Shown here: piece after piece, positions 1 through 10,080 of the stretch
Position numbering within the stretch: position 1 is the first letter of the stretch
Layout of the letters: each line of letters opens with the position of its first letter
From: an uncultured delta proteobacterium
GTDB lineage: Bacteria > Myxococcota_A > Polyangia > Palsa-1104
Direction: 5' to 3'
Assembly: GCA_963785725.1 (NCBI GenBank)
Contig: CAWAWS010000007.1
Span: 128,001-192,000 of the forward strand
Length of the DNA stretch: 64,000 nucleotides
The notes under the pieces: generated by a model
Told to the model about the DNA's origin: nothing
Seen by the model: the letters and a program-made list of their open reading frames with translations, nothing else
The model's database searches: none
Program-made: the position numbers and the translations under genes

Positions 1-1419
1 CATGTCCTTCATCGTGTTGGCGTCGGTGCCGATGGCCGCGCGCAGCATCGGCATCGTCGCGATGCCGTCGGCGCGCATTTGCAGCGCGCGCGCCTCGGAG
101 TCGAGCAGCGCGCCCAGCTTCTCGGCCTCGGTCTGCAGCGTCGTCGTCGCGTCGCCGTCGACGCCGCGCGCGCCCGGAATCAGCGCGCCGCCGGCCACGA
201 GCAAGAGCACGGCGCCGACCGACATGCCGAGCCGCGCCGGCGACCACAGCGCCGTCTCCCCGGTCGTCGCATGTTGGGCGCGCGAGGCCAGCGACACCTG
301 CAGGCTCGTCTCCGGCTGTCCTTGCTCGATGACCAAGGAGCCGGTCGTTGTCGGGGTCGGCGTCGGCGTCGCGTGCGAGACCGGCGTCACCGACGGCAAG
401 CTCGGCGGCCGATCGAGCAGATGCTGGCCCAAGTCTTTGCCGTGCCTGAGCGCCTCTTGCCACGCCTCGACGTGCCCTTCGAACAGCCGCGCCATCAGCC
501 GCTCGATGCTCACCGACGACAGCGCCAGCCGCTGCTCGCGCGCGAACGCCTCCAAGTCGAGCTGCATCTCTTGCGCGGTCGCATAGCGCGCGTCGGCGTC
601 GCGGCTGAGCGCCTTGAGAATGATGCGCTCGAGCTCCGGCGGATAATCGGGCCGCAGCTGCGAAGGCGGCGTCACGCGCCCTTCGGTGAGCTGCTTGACG
701 ACCTCCATATCACTGTCGCCGCGGAACAGCTTATTGAGCGTCGTCAATTCATAGAGGACGATTGCAATGGCGAAGATGTCACTGCGTCTATCGATAGGCC
801 GGCATTGGCACTGCTCCGGCGACATATACGAGATCTTGCCCTTCAAGACACCGTGCGCCGTTTGCTGCGAGCGATTGGTCGCCTTGGCGACGCCGAAGTC
901 ACACACTTTGACCGCGCCGTCGTAGCTGACGAGCACATTCGATGGCGACACGTCGCGATGAATGATGCCCAGGCTCTCGCCCTTGTAATTGCGCTTTTCG
1001 TGCGCGTAATGCAGCGCCGCGCAGACGCCGACGCCAATCTGCACCGCGTCCGCTAAGGGCAACGTCTCCTTCTTGTTGACGAGCGTGCGCATGATCTTGC
1101 GTAAGTCGACGCCATGCACGTACTCCATGGCGAAGAAGTAGCTGTCATTGACCATGCCGACGTCATAGACCTGCGCGATATGCGGATGCTCGAGCGCCGC
1201 CGCCAAGCGTGCTTCATGCAAGAACAGCTCGGTGATCTCATGATCGCCCAACAAATCTTCACGAATGCGCTTGATGACGACGATCTTCTCGAAACCGACA
1301 ATCCCCGTCGCCCGTGCGAGAAAGAGGTCGGCCATGCCGCCCGACGCCAGATGGCGCAGGACCGTATATTTCCCGAACTGATCGGGCATGGCTGAATGGC
1401 TGGCGATCATTCCACTCAT
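1..1419 (-). CDS. Membrane Ser/Thr protein kinase with C-terminal extracytoplasmic region; 3' end runs off the window
   Basis: Hand translation (absent from the ORF track): FGKYTVLRHLASGGMADLFLA, VVIKRI, HRDVSPSN, DFGVAK, then a TM segment LGMSVGAVLLLVAGGALI. In-frame alternative ATGs at 1410 and 1389. Confidence 0.92.
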   Translation of the reverse strand, partial: MSGMIASHSAMPDQFGKYTVLRHLASGGMADLFLARATGIVGFEKIVVIKRIREDLLGDHEITELFLHEARLAAALEHPHIAQVYDVGMVNDSYFFAMEYVHGVDLRKIMRTLVNKKETLPLADAVQIGVGVCAALHYAHEKRNYKGESLGIIHRDVSPSNVLVSYDGAVKVCDFGVAKATNRSQQTAHGVLKGKISYMSPEQCQCRPIDRRSDIFAIAIVLYELTTLNKLFRGDSDMEVVKQLTEGRVTPPSQLRPDYPPELERIILKALSRDADARYATAQEMQLDLEAFAREQRLALSSVSIERLMARLFEGHVEAWQEALRHGKDLGQHLLDRPPSLPSVTPVSHATPTPTPTTTGSLVIEQGQPETSLQVSLASRAQHATTGETALWSPARLGMSVGAVLLLVAGGALIPGARGVDGDATTTLQTEAEKLGALLDSEARALQMRADGIATMPMLRAAIGTDANTMKDM

Positions 1420-1512
1420 GATGGTTTAGCTTATGGCCTCGTTTGAATATCGGTCAACGCGTCGTTACGCTATTCAATCAAATTATTTTGAAACAGTTAA
1501 TTCGATATCACC

Positions 1513-1710
1513 CTACATTCTCCGACGGCAAATCACGCGCGATAGAAACCATTGCCCGGTTATCGAAGTCGCTCGCCTGAATTCGATTGCGCGATATTCG
1601 TTACCATTAGAATCGGTCGCCATATCGCCAGTTGGTGAGCCTGCTGACGTCGTTCTTTCGTCGCGATAACCCGATTCATTCGCGATCGATTCGCCGCCAA
1701 ACGCCGTCAT
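1513..1710 (-). CDS. Possible 65-aa small protein coupled to the cupin gene
   Basis: ATGA overlap with the cupin stop codon; codon usage is atypical after about codon 17, so it may be non-coding. Confidence 0.25.
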   Translation of the reverse strand: MTAFGGESIANESGYRDERTTSAGSPTGDMATDSNGNEYRAIEFRRATSITGQWFLSRVICRRRM

Positions 1711-2246
1711 TTGACCGCCGGGCGCGGCTCTTCTTCGCGCAAAACCGTCTGTCCCAATTGCTGCAATAACGGCAGATTCGTCGCCGTCAGATAACGCGCG
1801 CTCTGGCCGCTATCACAGCCGTGGACATGCCAATTCCACGGCGGAACATAGAGCGCGTCGCCGGCGCGCCACTCGATGCGCCGCCCTTCGACGATCGAAT
1901 GGCCCTCGCCTTCGAGGATATAGAGCAGCGATTCATAGGCGTGGCGGTGATTGTTCGTCTTCTGCTCGGACGCCAGCACACCAATGCTGAAGCTGACGCT
2001 GGCCGCCGGCAGATCGACGGCGAACACCGGGTGGCCGCGCGACGCCGAGAACGCCGCCGCCGGTATCGTCGCGCACACCTGTCGGTGAATGAGGCTCAAC
2101 CCCTCGCGATGTACGGGAATTGGCGTCAACGAGTCGCGATTGATCCCGGCCGCGACGAACGCCTGCGACCCGTCCGCCGAATCATTCGCCGCCTCATCGC
2201 CGGCGCCGCGATTGGCGCTCTCGCTCTTCATGGCCACGCGGCTCAC
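1707..2246 (-). CDS. Cupin domain protein, probable metal-dependent oxygenase
   Basis: HRHAYESLLYILEGEG and GDALYVPPWNWHVH cupin motifs. GTG at 2246 overlaps the upstream TGA; alternative ATG at 2231. Confidence 0.88.
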   Translation of the reverse strand: MSRVAMKSESANRGAGDEAANDSADGSQAFVAAGINRDSLTPIPVHREGLSLIHRQVCATIPAAAFSASRGHPVFAVDLPAASVSFSIGVLASEQKTNNHRHAYESLLYILEGEGHSIVEGRRIEWRAGDALYVPPWNWHVHGCDSGQSARYLTATNLPLLQQLGQTVLREEEPRPAVK

Positions 2247-3100
2247 GAGCGCCGCTCCGTCGCCGGCGTCGTGGCCGGCACCGACGCCAAGCTCGGCGCC
2301 GACACGAGCGACGGCGACGGCGCCATCGCCAGCGCCCGCAGCGTCATTTGATCGTAAAACGCCGCGCGCAGCTGCAGCGCCATCAGCATCCCGTAGCGCA
2401 GCTTGATGCGCTCGGTCGGCTCCTTCGCCAGATCGACGGCGATCTGGGCCAAGCTGGCGCCGTGCGCGTCGTCGATGCCGACGTGCAGGTCGAAGAACAC
2501 GCGCTCTTGCCGCGACACCGGCACATAACGCTCGATCGCCGCCAACACCGGCGCGTACACGTGGCGCACGATGAGCTCGGTGCCGAGCCCGAGCGCGCCC
2601 ACCGACTGCGCCGCGCCCTGCCGACAACACTGCAGGAACATCATGCCCCACACCGTCGCCTCGTCGCAGAACGGGTGCTCGGCCAGCCAGGCGTCGTCCA
2701 TGCCCGCGGCCGTCAAGAAGCGGCGATAGAGCAGCGGATGGGGAATGCGATCGACCCACTCGAGCGCGATGTTCATCGCCGCCAGCTCGCGCGCCTCGTC
2801 GTCGCCGATGACGCCGCTCTCTTCCGCCAGATTCGACAGCAGCAGCTTGCGATGGTTGGGCTCTTCCAAATGCGAGATCGTCGCCGTCAAATAGCGGGGA
2901 AAGTTGGCGCTATAGGCCATGTATTGATGCGTCAGGTCGAGAACGGCGCCGCGCGGATCGGGAAAAACTCCATTCTCGAGCGAACGTAAATAAGGGTGAT
3001 TCACGGCCCGATGCGCGCGCGCTTCGGCTTCGAGCGCGGCCACGAAAGCCTGCTCCGGGTCGCGCATCTCCGACGGCAACGAGAGAGTCTGATTCACCAT
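2243..3100 (-). CDS. Heme-oxygenase-like diiron oxidase (iron-containing redox enzyme, CADD/PqqC-like fold)
   Basis: NHPYL, NLAEESG...HPLLY, GTELIV and FFDLHVGIDDAH ligand pattern; GGAGG RBS upstream. Confidence 0.85.
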   Translation of the reverse strand: MVNQTLSLPSEMRDPEQAFVAALEAEARAHRAVNHPYLRSLENGVFPDPRGAVLDLTHQYMAYSANFPRYLTATISHLEEPNHRKLLLSNLAEESGVIGDDEARELAAMNIALEWVDRIPHPLLYRRFLTAAGMDDAWLAEHPFCDEATVWGMMFLQCCRQGAAQSVGALGLGTELIVRHVYAPVLAAIERYVPVSRQERVFFDLHVGIDDAHGASLAQIAVDLAKEPTERIKLRYGMLMALQLRAAFYDQMTLRALAMAPSPSLVSAPSLASVPATTPATERRS

Positions 3101-3565
3101 CCGCGTCCTCCAACGGTGGGCGACTGAGCCCCCACGTCAGCATTCGCAGATGCGAAACAATCGATCAATAGGCTTGGTTATATGGAGTTAACGATACATT
3201 AGATAACCCGCGCCTATTGCACTGCCGCGTATGCCACTGTCATTCTTTAAAACCAATATTCGGATTGTGGCGATAAACACGAATGATTATTGGGGCGCGC
3301 TCTCGTTGGCCGCGATCGGGCCGCGGCGATTGGACATGGCGCGCCCATGCGGCAGATTGTCGCAGCGAGCAACGACGAGTGGGATAAGGGGAAAGCGTAC
3401 GTAGCTTGCGGGGTGAGCGGCGCCTTCGGAGGCGCGTCCTCACGACCTGTCATTCGAGCGCGCACCGCGCGCATCGGCCGGGAGTCCGCCGCGGGAGCCT
3501 CGTTGAATTCAGTCCAATGAGGGCGCTTGCGCCCTCTCGGTCGATGCTAAATCAGCGTCGCTGAC

Positions 3566-4075
3566 TTAGAAATGCGAGCAGGTGGCGAGGTAGCAGCTCT
3601 GATCGCCGCCCGATTCCGAGTAGCAGCGGTCGAGCGCGTCGTCTTCCACCGACGTCATGCCGTCATTGCCGAAGCCGGCGTAGGTCGCCTGCGTGACCGG
3701 ATACTGGTCACCGTACGAATCCTCGGCGATGCAGCTGACGTTGTGGATCGACGCCCAATCCCAGTAATACGCCGGGCGGACGAACTCGGGATGTGACCAG
3801 TGCTTCCACTCGCGATGGCCGCCGCGAACGACGACGCGCGGCGCGAGCACGCGCACCGGGTGCGAATGGTACTGCGCGCCGCGCGGATGCGCGCCGGGCG
3901 GATGCGGCTGGAACTTCGGCGGCGCCGGCCGCACGACCACCGGCGGATGCCCGCCACCTTCGTGCCCGCCGGCGGGATGACCGCCGCCCTCATGCTCGTG
4001 CTGCGCATAGGCGACCGAGTAGACGTTCAACGAAGCAACCAACAACCCGATGGTCAGCGACCCTCTCAATTTCAT
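3566..4075 (-). CDS. Secreted protein with His/Gly/Pro-rich N-terminus and 4-Cys C-terminal domain
   Basis: Signal peptide ending AYA-Q; HEGGGHP occurs twice; GGAGG RBS. Confidence 0.8.
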   Translation of the reverse strand: MKLRGSLTIGLLVASLNVYSVAYAQHEHEGGGHPAGGHEGGGHPPVVVRPAPPKFQPHPPGAHPRGAQYHSHPVRVLAPRVVVRGGHREWKHWSHPEFVRPAYYWDWASIHNVSCIAEDSYGDQYPVTQATYAGFGNDGMTSVEDDALDRCYSESGGDQSCYLATCSHF

Positions 4076-4167
4076 GCGCGATCCTCCACTTACGGTTGGA
4101 TTCCGTGTCGAATAGGAAATCAGAATCAGGTGGAGGGTCTAGTTCTTTTTGGAACGGTTGCAACCGC

Positions 4168-4183
4168 TGCACGGTCGATGCCC
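4168..4183 (-). promoter_or_regulatory. Putative sigma54 -24/-12 promoter for 3566..4075
   Basis: Minus strand GGGCATCGACCGTGCA, with GG-N10-GC spacing. Confidence 0.45.
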
Positions 4184-4242
4184 CGACCGCGCAAGCAGCC
4201 GGCGGCGCAACGCGACGCGGAAATCGTGCGGCGAAATCGTGG

Positions 4243-4695
4243 CTACTGCGCGAACTCGGCGTCGCCGTCGATGAAGAACGTGCCCGGCGCCGCCGGCGTG
4301 CCGGCCCCGGTCATCGCCATGTGCTTGATCGTGACTTGCACCGGGCTCACCACCGTCTTGAACGTGACCGTGCCCGCCGTGTCGCCGTCCGGGATCGTCG
4401 AGCCCCAGGCCGTGCCGTCGGGCAGCGTGTAGTTGACCTGCAAGAAGTGCTCGTCGACGGCGATCGTGATCGGATCCGTCGGATCGTCGCACATGATCAG
4501 CAGATCGCCGTCGATGGTGTGCGACTCGAGCGTGATCATGCCGTCGGCGAGCGTCACCTTGCCCTCCGACGAGGCGAAGCCGGTGCCGAGCGTGGCCGGC
4601 GTGCCCGTCGCCTGCGAGAATTGCACCGAGACGGGCGGAGTCGAGCTGCCGCCGCAGCCGGCTCCTAGAAGCGCGCACATGAGCAGGATTCGCAT
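4243..4695 (-). CDS. Lipoprotein, hypothetical
   Basis: MRILLMCALLGAG-C lipobox; TAAGAT 6 nt before the ATG. Confidence 0.8.
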   Translation of the reverse strand: MRILLMCALLGAGCGGSSTPPVSVQFSQATGTPATLGTGFASSEGKVTLADGMITLESHTIDGDLLIMCDDPTDPITIAVDEHFLQVNYTLPDGTAWGSTIPDGDTAGTVTFKTVVSPVQVTIKHMAMTGAGTPAAPGTFFIDGDAEFAQ

Positions 4696-4804
4696 GCGGT
4701 CATCTTACCGGCTTTGCCCGCGGCTGGGAATGCCGCGTCGTCAGCGACGGCGAGCCGCCGATTCGTGACTCATTTGGCGTTCGTAGCGAGGCGTACCGCG
4801 TGCG

Positions 4805-6145
4805 CTACGGCCGGCGGAGCTGCCGGCGCCGGCGCACGAACGCCAGGCCGGCGACGAGCGGCAGCAGAAACAGAAAGTCGCGCGCGTCCGCCGATGCCGT
4901 CGCGAAGCTGCAGCCATGCTTCTTCGTCGTCACCGGCTTCGTCCCGCCCGCCGGGATCCCGAACGTCACCTGCAGCGCCTCCCACGGCACGCCGCACGTC
5001 GACGCCACCGTGTCACAGGTCAGCGGCCCTTGAATGTCGACATATTGCAGCAGCTTCGTGAACGTCTTGCCGCCGTCGGTGGACTGGCCGACCGCGAACC
5101 CGTCGGCGAAGTTGTCGGCGACCGCGTAAAGCGTGCCGGCGCGCTCGCCGAGGCCGCGCAAGTGCGGCGCGTTGGCCCACGTCGTCCACGTCGCGCCGCC
5201 GTCGGTCGAGCGATAGGCGACGCCGGCCGTGCTGCTCGAATAGGGCGCCTGCGCGTTGTTGCCGCAGCTCGGCGAGCCGGCCGTGTTCAGCGTGAGGCCG
5301 GCCAAGAGCAGCGTCCCGTCCGCTTCCTGCAGGAACGTCGACATGACGTAGCCCGACGGCAGCGCCTGCGCCACGTGCGTCGTCATGCCGCCGTCGCTGG
5401 TGATGACCAAGCTCTCGCCGCTCGCGCCCTTCGAGCGAAAGTAGACCTTTTGCGGATTGGTGGCGTCGACGGCGGCGATGCTGAGCGCGCCCATCGCGGC
5501 GTCCTGCACGTAGGGCGTGAACACCGTGCCGCCGTCGCTGGCGTGCAAGATCGTCGTCGATCCGGTCGCGCTCGTCACCTGCGTGAGGTAGACGTTCATC
5601 GGATCGCTCTTGGCGATCTCGACGCCGCTGAGCGTCGAGTCGGCCGGCGTCGTGTAGATGGCGTCGCCGAAGCTCATCCCGGCGTCGCTCGAGCCGACGA
5701 GCTCGTACAGCGTGGCGCCGCCGTCGGCCGTCGTCGTCGTGAGCGCGAACATGCGCGACGCGTTCGTCGGATCGATGAAGGCGTCGACGACGTTGCGGCT
5801 CGTGAGCCCATTGGCGCCGTTGTACTGACAGGCGTCGGCGCCGAGCGAGACGAGGCCGGTCGTGCTGACGGCGAAGATGGCGTCCGACGGCGCCGGCGCC
5901 ATCTGATACAGCGTCGCGCACATCGCGATCTCCTGCTCACACACCCACTGCCACGTCTTGCCGGCGTCCTGCGACATGAGGAGGCCGAAGTTGGTGCCGA
6001 CGACGATCTCGTTCGGCTTGTCCGACGGCAACAGCACCTGCGACGAGTCGGGGAACGCGCCGTCGGCCCGCGCCGTCGCCGCGCCGCCGACGACGAGCAC
6101 GCTGCACAACAGCGAAGCCAAGCCAAAGCGAAGCGAAGTCAGCAT
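4805..6145 (-). CDS. Secreted BNR/Asp-box beta-propeller protein with MYXO-CTERM-like tail
   Basis: Signal peptide; repeated SxDGGxTW/F boxes; C-terminus KKHGCSF...hydrophobic...RRRR. Confidence 0.85.
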   Translation of the reverse strand: MLTSLRFGLASLLCSVLVVGGAATARADGAFPDSSQVLLPSDKPNEIVVGTNFGLLMSQDAGKTWQWVCEQEIAMCATLYQMAPAPSDAIFAVSTTGLVSLGADACQYNGANGLTSRNVVDAFIDPTNASRMFALTTTTADGGATLYELVGSSDAGMSFGDAIYTTPADSTLSGVEIAKSDPMNVYLTQVTSATGSTTILHASDGGTVFTPYVQDAAMGALSIAAVDATNPQKVYFRSKGASGESLVITSDGGMTTHVAQALPSGYVMSTFLQEADGTLLLAGLTLNTAGSPSCGNNAQAPYSSSTAGVAYRSTDGGATWTTWANAPHLRGLGERAGTLYAVADNFADGFAVGQSTDGGKTFTKLLQYVDIQGPLTCDTVASTCGVPWEALQVTFGIPAGGTKPVTTKKHGCSFATASADARDFLFLLPLVAGLAFVRRRRQLRRP

Positions 6146-6288
6146 CCCGACATTGTTACGCCAAAACGGCCGCAACGCTAAGCCGCGCAAAACGTCGAAG
6201 AGCGCGGTAACGACTCGGTCGTCCCGCGCTCCCCGTATTCAATTGTCGATTCTGTTGTAGGGCTGGATGTGCGACGAGGAAGGTGAGG

Positions 6289-6564
6289 TTAGGCGTCGGA
6301 GATGCTGCTGGAGATTTCGCGCTGCTCCGCCTTGCCTGCCTCGAACGCACGCGTGACTGCAGCGACGACCTCGTCGAGCTTGGCGCCTGCGCGCGCCGCG
6401 CCCTGACCGAGGGAAAGAGCCAATGCACCGAGCCCAACGGCTGGATTGCCCTGGCTGGCCATGATCGTGGTTTTGATGAGCACTTGCGAGACGGCCTCGA
6501 CCTGCCGCGTCACGGCAGCGACGGGCGACTCGTTCGTGCGGTCTTCGAACTCGATTGCCGACAT
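6289..6564 (-). CDS. Small hypothetical helical protein (91 aa)
   Basis: MSAIEFEDRTNESP... is the natural-looking C-terminal part of ORF 6289..7050. Confidence 0.6.
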   Translation of the reverse strand: MSAIEFEDRTNESPVAAVTRQVEAVSQVLIKTTIMASQGNPAVGLGALALSLGQGAARAGAKLDEVVAAVTRAFEAGKAEQREISSSISDA

Positions 6565-6628
6565 GAAGAGAAGGTGGGCATCGACGGGGGCCGGCGCAAG
6601 GGCGCGTGACGATTGTTCGTCGGGCGAG

Positions 6629-7246
6629 TTACGGCTTGCTGGCGGGCTTGGCCGGCGCGGCGCTCGCGGTCGGCGCTGCCGTCGCGGTCGACGCTGCCGT
6701 CGCGGTCGGCGCTGCCGTCGCAGTTGCAGCCGCCGCCGGCGCGGCCGGCGCGCCAGCTGCCGGGGCCGCTTCGACCGTCGCCGGCTCCGGCGCCTGCTTG
6801 AGCGACTGCCCGTTCGTATGCTTCGCGAAATAGTCCTCGATCGCCGGCCGCGCCCAGGTCGGCTTCTCGGCGTCCTGCCACAGCCCGGCGACGGCCGTGC
6901 GCTGCGCCGCCGGCTCCTTGCCGTCCTTCCACAGCTTGTCGAGATAGCGCGCCAGGTCCTGCTTGGGATTCTCGGCCCAACGCAAGCTGCCCAAGAACGA
7001 CTCGTTCGCCGTCGGAAAGCGAATCTTCGGCATCGGCGCTTGCGGCGCATTGGCGCGCGCCGCTTCGATCGGCCCTTGCCACTGCCGCGCGTTCATGGCG
7101 CGCTCGCGCTCTTCCTGCGTCGCTTGCGGGTTCGGCTGGCCGGGCTGCCCGCCGCCCGGACGCTGACCGCCGGCGCGCTGTTGCGCCCAAGCCGGCGTGG
7201 CGGCGAGCGTCGCGAAAACCAGGAAAACGACCGAGATGTGCTGCAT
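6629..7246 (-). CDS. Secreted hypothetical protein with Ala/Pro/Thr-rich tail
   Basis: Signal peptide ending PAWA-Q; TAGAAT 7 nt before the ATG. Confidence 0.75.
   Translation of the reverse strand: MQHISVVFLVFATLAATPAWAQQRAGGQRPGGGQPGQPNPQATQEERERAMNARQWQGPIEAARANAPQAPMPKIRFPTANESFLGSLRWAENPKQDLARYLDKLWKDGKEPAAQRTAVAGLWQDAEKPTWARPAIEDYFAKHTNGQSLKQAPEPATVEAAPAAGAPAAPAAAATATAAPTATAASTATAAPTASAAPAKPASKP
6664..6721. repeat. 18-bp tandem repeat x3, coding for TAAPTA-like units
   Basis: tcgcggtcg(g/a)cgctgccg occurs three times. Confidence 0.8.
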
Positions 7247-7302
7247 GGCCGGCATTCTACTAGGAGCCGGGCCATTCGGCACCAGCCGAAGCGACGTGAC
7301 GG

Positions 7303-7956
7303 TCATCGCCAACCGACGCAGCGAAAGTCGCCAAAGACCGAGCGCAGCTTGTCGCCGAGCAGCTGATTGGCCTCGTCGACGCTCTGCCCGGTGTAATGCA
7401 GCCCAATCTGCGCCACGCTGGCATGCGCCGTCAGCGAGTAGAAATAGAGCGACAAGTCGAGTCCCGGGTCGTCGTCGCCGTCGCTGACGTGCTTCTTGGC
7501 GATCATCTCGTGGTAGCCGCGCCCCGAATGCTGCCCGGCCAGCGACGAATAGCGCTGCTTCGGCTGTTTCACCCGCGGCGCATGCTTGTTCGGCAGCTGC
7601 CCGGCGCTGTAGACGACCATGATGAGCCCGCCCTCCGCGCGCGGCTCGAGCGACCGCAACAGCTCGTCACCGACGCCGTCCTCGCGCGACTGCTGGTCGA
7701 GGCGATCGTAGAGCGCGGCGTCGCGCGTCTGCAGCGCGTCGACGAACAGCGGCTGGCAGCCGTCGCCGAGCGGCTTGAGCGACGGCTGCAGCGTGCGCCA
7801 ATAGTCGTCGTCGAGCCGCCCGTTCTTGAGCGCGCCCACGATCGACACCGTCTGCCGCGTCGGTGGCAGCGACGGCGAAATCTCGACCAGGAAGCGGCTG
7901 TCGAACGACGCGCACGACGCCGCCAGCATCGCCATCGCCGCCCACGACACGCGCAT
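7303..7956 (-). CDS. Lipoprotein, hypothetical
   Basis: MRVSWAAMAMLAAS-C lipobox. Confidence 0.72.
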   Translation of the reverse strand: MRVSWAAMAMLAASCASFDSRFLVEISPSLPPTRQTVSIVGALKNGRLDDDYWRTLQPSLKPLGDGCQPLFVDALQTRDAALYDRLDQQSREDGVGDELLRSLEPRAEGGLIMVVYSAGQLPNKHAPRVKQPKQRYSSLAGQHSGRGYHEMIAKKHVSDGDDDPGLDLSLYFYSLTAHASVAQIGLHYTGQSVDEANQLLGDKLRSVFGDFRCVGWR

Positions 7957-8048
7957 GAATAGGAGAACAGACGGCCAAAGACGCATTCGCGTTGCCCATC
8001 CTAGCGACGGCGGCGGCAAGCGCAAATGCTACGGCTGCTTCGCCTTCA

Positions 8049-8995
8049 TCACGGCTGCAGCCACGGTTTACTGCGATAGCGGTCCCAGCTGTCGGGCAGG
8101 AGCGCGACCACCGGCCCGTCGAGGCCGCCGCGCGCCGCGACCCGCAGCGCCGCGACGACGGCCGTGCCCGCCGAGCCGCCGACGAGCAGCCCTTCGTCGA
8201 CGATGAGCCGGCGCGTCATGGCGAAGCTCTCGGCGTCGGACACGCGCTCGGCGGCGTCGACGACGCTGCCATCGAAGATGCCCGACGGGCGGCTGGCGCC
8301 GATGCCTTCGACCTCGTAGCTGCCGTCGCCGGCGAGCGTTCCCGTCTCGACCCAGGTTGCCAGCTGCGAGCCGACCGGATCGGCGAGCACGACGCGCGCC
8401 GACGGCTGCACGCGCCTCAAGAACTTGCCGACGCCGGTGATGGTGCCGCCGGTGCCGACGCCGCACACGAACGCGCCGATGCGTCCGCCGCACTGCGCGA
8501 GGATCTCGGGCCCGGTCGTCTCTTCGTGCACGCGCACGTTGGCTTGGTTGAAGAACTGGTCGGTCAAGAACCAGCCGTTCTCGGCCGCGAGGCGACGCGC
8601 AACCACTTGGAAGTTGTCGGGATGATCGGGCGGTGCGTTGGGCGTCATGACGACGCGCGCGCCGATCAGCGCCAGGGCCGACGCGCTTGTCGTGCGACAT
8701 CTTCTCCGGCAGCACGCAGACCAGCCGATAGCCGCGCACGGCCGCGACGAGGCCCAGCCCGATGCCGGTGTTGCCGGCGGTGGCCTCGACCAGCGTCGCG
8801 CCCGGCGCGATCACGCCGCGCCGCTCGGCGTCGTCGACGATGGCGACGGCGAGCCGATCTTTGACGCTGCCGCCGGGGTTGAGCTGCTCGCACTTGACGA
8901 GGACGGGCACGGGCAAGCCCGGCGCCGATCCGCCGCAACGGAACGAGCGGCGTGTGACCGATGCAGTCGAGGATGCTGGCCGGCGCCCGCGTCAT
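8049..8995 (-). CDS. PLP-dependent cysteine synthase/cystathionine beta-synthase family protein; two +1 frameshifts (~8917, ~8679), probably artefacts
   Basis: [29 protein letters not shown] and GVGTGGT spread over three frames. Confidence 0.88.
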
Positions 8996-9034
8996 GCGGC
9001 GCACGATAGCAGGCCCGGCCGCGCGCTCGCTGCC

Positions 9035-9859
9035 TCAGTTGACGCCGCAGGCTCCCAACGTCGCGTAGCAGGCGCCGTCGACGCAGAAGCCGCTGCCGCA
9101 GGCGGCGTCGGCGCTGCAGCTCCGTCGCTGGCAGACGGTGGTCATGCAGGCGAATTGCGCCGGGCAGTCCGTGTCGGACATGCAGCGGATGGTGCGGCAG
9201 TGGCCGTCGCTGTTGCACTGCTGGCCCGTGGCGCAGCTGGCGTCGCCGGTGCAGGCCGGAATGCACAGGTCGTCGCCGCAGCAGTCGACGCTGTCGCACA
9301 CCTGCCCGCTGCCGCAGTCGGAGTCGCTGCCGCAGCCGACGCCGGCCTTGGCGGGGCAGGTGCAGGTGGTGCCGCTCGTGTCGGGCGGCAGGCAGACCGA
9401 GCCGCCCTGCCCGCCGCAGTCGGCGTTGTCGCGGCAGCCCGTGAAGGCGCCGCAGCCGCCGTTGCCGCCGCACGCCACCGCGCTCTCGGTCGCATTGGTG
9501 CAGCCGGCGAACGACTGTCCGGTGCTGCAGCTTTCGGGGCAGTAGTTGGGCGTGCAGCCGCGCGACGACTCGGCCGCGATGCAGCTCGCCTCGTCCAGGC
9601 CGTCGCACCCGCAGTCGACAGGCGCGCAGGGCAGGCGCGGACAGGTGATGTCGGGCGGCGCATCGGCGGCCACGCAGCGGGTGAACGTCGGCGTGCAGCC
9701 GCAGCCGCAAAAGTCGGCGCGACAGGCGCTGTCTGCCTTACAGCTCGTCTCGTCGAGGGTCGTGCAATCGGGGTTGTCGCTGCTGCCGCTGCCGAGCGGG
9801 CGGGTGGCGCAGCCGGACAGCGCGAGCAGGAGCGAGACGAACGGGAGCCAACGCCACAT
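9035..9859 (-). CDS. Cys-rich lipoprotein (paralog A)
   Basis: LLALSG-C lipobox; repeated CxxDxDC modules. Confidence 0.85.
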   Translation of the reverse strand: MWRWLPFVSLLLALSGCATRPLGSGSSDNPDCTTLDETSCKADSACRADFCGCGCTPTFTRCVAADAPPDITCPRLPCAPVDCGCDGLDEASCIAAESSRGCTPNYCPESCSTGQSFAGCTNATESAVACGGNGGCGAFTGCRDNADCGGQGGSVCLPPDTSGTTCTCPAKAGVGCGSDSDCGSGQVCDSVDCCGDDLCIPACTGDASCATGQQCNSDGHCRTIRCMSDTDCPAQFACMTTVCQRRSCSADAACGSGFCVDGACYATLGACGVN

Positions 9860-9871
9860 GCGCCGAGGCCA

Positions 9872-9887
9872 AGCACACGCCGTGCCC
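9872..9887 (-). promoter_or_regulatory. Putative sigma54 promoter
   Basis: GGGCACGGCGTGTGCT; the GC lies 13 nt before the ATG. Confidence 0.6.
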
Positions 9888-10080
9888 GCGCAAGTGGCCG
9901 ACATGACGAGCGCTGCTCTCACATTTCTGACGCGAGAGCGGCGGAATTCGCGAACGCTGCCGCCCGCGCGGCGCCGCTCGCACTCGCCGACGGCACGGCA
10001 GCCCAACGCGACGCGAGCGGCGTGTTACCGATGCTGGCCGGCGCCTTCGTCATGCGGCGCGGAGAATATCAGGTCGCGCG

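Noticed and set aside
3101..3565. Small ORFs or a sigma54 promoter upstream of the HDO gene
   Set aside because: The ORFs lack codon bias and an RBS; the TGGCAT...TGCA candidate has the wrong spacing.
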